Under the pieces are notes generated by a model that searched no databases, was not told where the DNA came from, and saw only the letters and a list, made by a program, of their open reading frames with translations. DNA of 64,000 nucleotides from Candidatus Babeliales bacterium (lineage in GTDB: Bacteria > Babelota > Babeliae > Babelales > JANWKD01), in contig CAVRJO010000001.1 of the NCBI GenBank assembly GCA_963722255.1, positions 160,001-224,000 of the forward strand, in the 5' to 3' direction. Of this stretch, positions 60,227-64,000 are shown in pieces; positions within the stretch are counted from its first letter, which is position 1, and the number at the start of each line of letters is the position of its first letter. The translations under genes were made by a program, and so were the position numbers.

Positions 60227-60314
60227 AGAATTCCAATTCTTTTGACGATTAAAAAAGTTTTCACGGTAATAAACACAATAAACAATACTACTCAAGCACA
60301 GGAAATAAAATAGA

Positions 60315-60896
60315 TTAAATTTTAGCTTTTTTTGAGGCAAAGTAACGTCTAATATTTGTTTCATGTCGCCATAAACCCCAAATAGATATAAAAAAAGCAA
60401 GCATAATAAAATCAGTATCACAAGGCATTAAAGACCATACGCAATAGGGAACTGCTAATAATCCCACTACACATGAGATACCCATATTATTCGTTACAAG
60501 CGCTACTGGAAGCCAAACAAATACAAGATAGATAAGCACACTTGGATTAATTGCCAATAAGATGCCTAATGATGTTGCAACTCCTTTGCCGCCTTTTCCT
60601 TGGAGAAAAAACGAGATACTATTACCCAGCAACAAAGCCATTGCCCCTGCAATAATAGAGATGGAATCTGCCTTACAAAACTGTAGGACTCTAAGGAATA
60701 AAAAGGCCTTTAAGGAATCAATACATAACACAATAATAAAGTAGCGTAATCCCAGTATGCGACCAACATTTGTCGCGCCTATGTTACCTGAACCATATTT
60801 TGTAATATCATTGATACCGGCTTTATACGCAAGTAGCCATCCTGAAGGAATAGCGCCTATGCAATAACCAAGAAATGCAGATAGTAAATAGACCAT
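60315..60896 (-). CDS. plsY: glycerol-3-phosphate acyltransferase
   Basis: YCIGAIP, GSGNIGATNVGR, KGGKGVATSLG, RHETNIRR. Confidence 0.93.
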   Translation of the reverse strand: MVYLLSAFLGYCIGAIPSGWLLAYKAGINDITKYGSGNIGATNVGRILGLRYFIIVLCIDSLKAFLFLRVLQFCKADSISIIAGAMALLLGNSISFFLQGKGGKGVATSLGILLAINPSVLIYLVFVWLPVALVTNNMGISCVVGLLAVPYCVWSLMPCDTDFIMLAFFISIWGLWRHETNIRRYFASKKAKI

Positions 60897-60996
60897 AATC
60901 TCAAAGCTATTTTGTATGTTATTTTAATAGTACAACCACTAGTATACACGTAATTGGTTTTTTATTCAAAATATGTGGTCTTTTCTTAAACCTCTA

Positions 60997-62100
60997 TAGC
61001 GCCCCGCTTTAATTTCCGCACAAATGTGCTATACTATCCTTAAAATTTTAAAAAGGAGAAGCGAATGGCATTCAGTCTTGATTTAAGAGAACGAGTAATA
61101 GGGGCAGTTGATGGTGGCATGCATATAGACGAGGCCGCTAAAATATTTGATGTCAGCAGAAGGGTAATTTATGAATGGTTAGAATTACGAAAAAAAACTG
61201 GCGAGCTCAAACCAAAAACAGGTTATCAAAAAGGCCATAGCCACAAAATTACAGACTTGGAAAAATTCAAAGCATTTGCAAATTCTAATAAGCAATGTAC
61301 ATCCCCACAAATGGTTATTAGATGGGAGCAACTTACAGGCGTGAAGGTCTCTGAAGACGTGATGCTACGGATGCTTAAAAAGATTGGTTTTACATCTAAA
61401 AAAAAACTTTTAGCTACGCCGAAGCAAATGCAAAAACCCAAACGAATGCGTATCGCATTTAAATTTAGAAGATAATTAAAGACAATTCATGATCCAGCAA
61501 AAATCATTTACTCTGTATGACAACACTGGAAATTGTACTGATAATGAGGTCGATTCTTACTGGGTTTTAATGGGCACCAGCAAGGAATAGAACGTTCGCC
61601 AATGCGCAAAAACCATAAGACTCGAATCGTTATTAATTTGACTTTGATCCGTTATAAAACTATCACTGGCCATTTGCACTGTATAATTCTATTAATTCGT
61701 GATAAAGCCTTCTAGTAACGTAGCGCAATCAATTTTGTCTTGGCAAGCCAACGATTAATATAGCGATAATTCTGCTGCTCATTTATGAAACTTTACGTAG
61801 AACACTGTTGTTGGCTCCGTGTGTTAGAACTGCGAATGAGTACTTATGCTGCTAAATCTGAAACCAATCCTTTGCTAGCTTCCATAAATCTAAAAAAATA
61901 ATTCTAGATCTTATTCGATAGCACTTGTGCAGAGTTATATTATTACCCCCACATTCACCTGATTTTAACCCAATTGAGCATCATTGGACGGCTGTCAAAA
62001 ATGCAATCAGAAAAGCTGTTTGAAAATATTAAAGATTTTTATGAAGCAGCTGAATTTATGTCATTGAGTGTTAATGTGCGCTGCTTAACGAGGGGCGCTC
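60997..62100 (+). mobile_element. degenerate IS630-family element
   Basis: TA-flanked IRs tagcgcccc / ggggcgctc; HTH ORF MAFSLDLRERV (61065) up to an A9 slippery site; C-terminal remnants ASFHKS and LPPHSPDFNPIEHHW. Confidence 0.8.
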
Positions 62101-62132
62101 TATCGTAGCAGATAGAGGTTTAAATCATTTTT

Positions 62133-63407
62133 TTACGAAATAACACAAAAGGCGTTTTTATCCAATATAACATGCTCTTTTAAACAAGAATAAAGAACAG
62201 GATCTTTTATCATCTCACGATAACCGGCTTGAGCCTCAGGGCTGTTTGAAAAACTCAATGTATCTGAATATGCCGCTTTTTTGCCTATCATAACAAAGAG
62301 CAAAGCATATTCTGCTTTTAAATTTTTTAATGAATTTGCTAATGAACGATAGGTTAAAAACCAAGTAGCCAGCTTTTTTTTACATAAAATCTGGTGATCC
62401 GAAACAACTTTTCCCTCTTTGTCAAACACATAGGGACCCGATTCTTCGACACATTTAAAAAATCGAGCTTCTTTTTCCGGCTTTCTTACATTGTAACGTA
62501 TAAGTTCATTATCCCAGGTACTTGCTAAAAGCAATTTTGAATTTAATGAAAATGATACCGTAGAAACATGAGCATTCTTTGCAACAAATTTAGTAATACG
62601 CTTTTGTGTTTCGACTGAATAAATATGGATAGCTGCGTGGAGCTCTCCTTGAGAGACAAGAGCAATCTTTGATCCATCAGGAGAAAGGCAAATATCTTTT
62701 ATAGTATGAACATAACGAGCAATTTTATCATAAATAATTTGGCCGGTTCTTACATTAATAATCGTTACCCCTCTACCTAACTCGGCATACGCACAAAGCG
62801 ATTTGTCTGCTGAAAATGCTAGAGCTACAATTTTTTTATTCTTAATCGATTCTCTTACCTCATCGTAAGCTTTAGTCTTTAAATGCTTAGAAACAATTTT
62901 TTGTCCAAGCAACACAGAAAGCTCATAAGGAATATCAAAAGAAGCAACCCAGTTAAAAACATCTTCAATAGAGTTATGATCCGCTTCTGCAATGATAACT
63001 TCTGAAAGATAATTTAAAAAAAAGTTTATAAGGGGTTCACAGTTTAAAAAGTTTACAGTATTTAATAATTTAATACAGCGAACTATTGTTCTATCATTTT
63101 CTTGAAAAAATCTATCTTTTAATAAATTTTTTTGTTCATGAGCATCGTGACATTTAGCAACAATATCAAGAAGTGGTAAAAGAGCTATAAAGTTTTTTGA
63201 TTTTATGGGTACAAAAAATTTATCATATTGAATAACATCAGAATCATCAATGACATGTAAGAATGTTTTTGACGAATTGATACTCATTTTATGAATACTA
63301 AATTCTTTTGCGTCTTTGGTTACGGTCGTTATATAATCCATGGTGTAACTAGCATTAAATACCAGCAACAAAGAAGTTACCTGTATATATTTTAGCAAAA
63401 ATTTCAT
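62133..63407 (-). CDS. secreted Skp1/BTB-like + WD40 protein
   Basis: Signal peptide; LLNTVNFLNCEPL; FSADKS, LSPDGSKIA and FSLNSKLL blades. Confidence 0.7.
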   Translation of the reverse strand: MKFLLKYIQVTSLLLVFNASYTMDYITTVTKDAKEFSIHKMSINSSKTFLHVIDDSDVIQYDKFFVPIKSKNFIALLPLLDIVAKCHDAHEQKNLLKDRFFQENDRTIVRCIKLLNTVNFLNCEPLINFFLNYLSEVIIAEADHNSIEDVFNWVASFDIPYELSVLLGQKIVSKHLKTKAYDEVRESIKNKKIVALAFSADKSLCAYAELGRGVTIINVRTGQIIYDKIARYVHTIKDICLSPDGSKIALVSQGELHAAIHIYSVETQKRITKFVAKNAHVSTVSFSLNSKLLLASTWDNELIRYNVRKPEKEARFFKCVEESGPYVFDKEGKVVSDHQILCKKKLATWFLTYRSLANSLKNLKAEYALLFVMIGKKAAYSDTLSFSNSPEAQAGYREMIKDPVLYSCLKEHVILDKNAFCVIS

Positions 63408-63676
63408 AAGTGCGTCTCCATTTTTTTTATTTAAATTAGTTTATTCTTTCTAAGATCTAAGCATATCAGATTAAAATATATTGTCAAATAGAAAAACTAT
63501 AGAATTATAAAAATTACTATATTCTTCAGGAATTATAGCTATATGAGGGCGATTATAGCTCATTACTATAGAAAATATTAATTTTATTTACTATTTGTAA
63601 TATTATTATGTATAATAGTATTAATAAAGCTCGATAATTTTTTTATAAAATAACAGTAAAAACATGGAGTTCAAAT

Positions 63677-64000
63677 ATGAATCTTATTTACAGCAAATAT
63701 CTAAACCTTCTATTCAAAAACATCGCCGTTATTGTGTTTTTGTTTTTAATCAATAACACTTTTTGTAATAATTTATCACAGTATGGATCACTTTTCCCCA
63801 AAGAAGAATATGAACATTATTTGAATTTAATACGTACAATTGATGCGGAAGCATACAAAAAGCTCGTAGGATTTGAAATTAAAAATGATCAAGATGGGCT
63901 TTTAAATGGCAATTATCTAGAAATAATTTCAGGAAATGAAGAAAGCAATGGGTATCCAATTATTGTAATGCCATCAATAATGGATTGGACTATAAATGCA
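63677..64000 (+). CDS. secreted hypothetical protein, truncated by the window edge
   Basis: GGAG SD; MNLIYSKYLNLLFKNIAVIVFLFLINNTFC... open to the end of the window. Confidence 0.55.
   Translation, partial: MNLIYSKYLNLLFKNIAVIVFLFLINNTFCNNLSQYGSLFPKEEYEHYLNLIRTIDAEAYKKLVGFEIKNDQDGLLNGNYLEIISGNEESNGYPIIVMPSIMDWTINA

Noticed and set aside
60227..60421. N-terminal extension of the DNA ligase in the ORF track
   Set aside because: It overlaps plsY, and ligase-like sequence begins at MDFTKVA (60226)

Overview
AT-rich bacterial chromosome segment. The gene content suggests an intracellular protist parasite such as Dependentiae/Babeliae (TM6), though this is inference: many signal-peptide proteins carrying ankyrin, Sel1 and Skp1/BTB-like+WD40 domains, plus an ATP-dependent DNA ligase. 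Bases 1-25.4 kb are an accessory, decaying region of small enzymes, pseudogenes, and IS5, IS200 and IS1202-type elements. It ends at a GIY-YIG nuclease gene and a minus-strand tRNA-Val/Asn/Asp cluster. Each tRNA 3' NCCA end is embedded in a related hairpin followed by TGGCAGGCCA. Bases 26-64 kb are mostly core or lineage-specific genes: sppA, mreC, a class IIC group II intron, an aromatic-amino-acid-type ABC transporter preceded by an unannotated Tyr-rich leader peptide and attenuator, gatCA, MATE, an FtsH-like protease with two AAA domains, rsmG, hxlA-like, a giant secreted protein, DNA ligase, plsY and an IS630 remnant. The best candidates for undescribed biology are the tRNA-CCA hairpin/GIY-YIG module, the Tyr attenuator and the double-AAA FtsH operon. 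No CRISPR array or rRNA was seen. All family assignments come from motif recognition by eye, not database searches.
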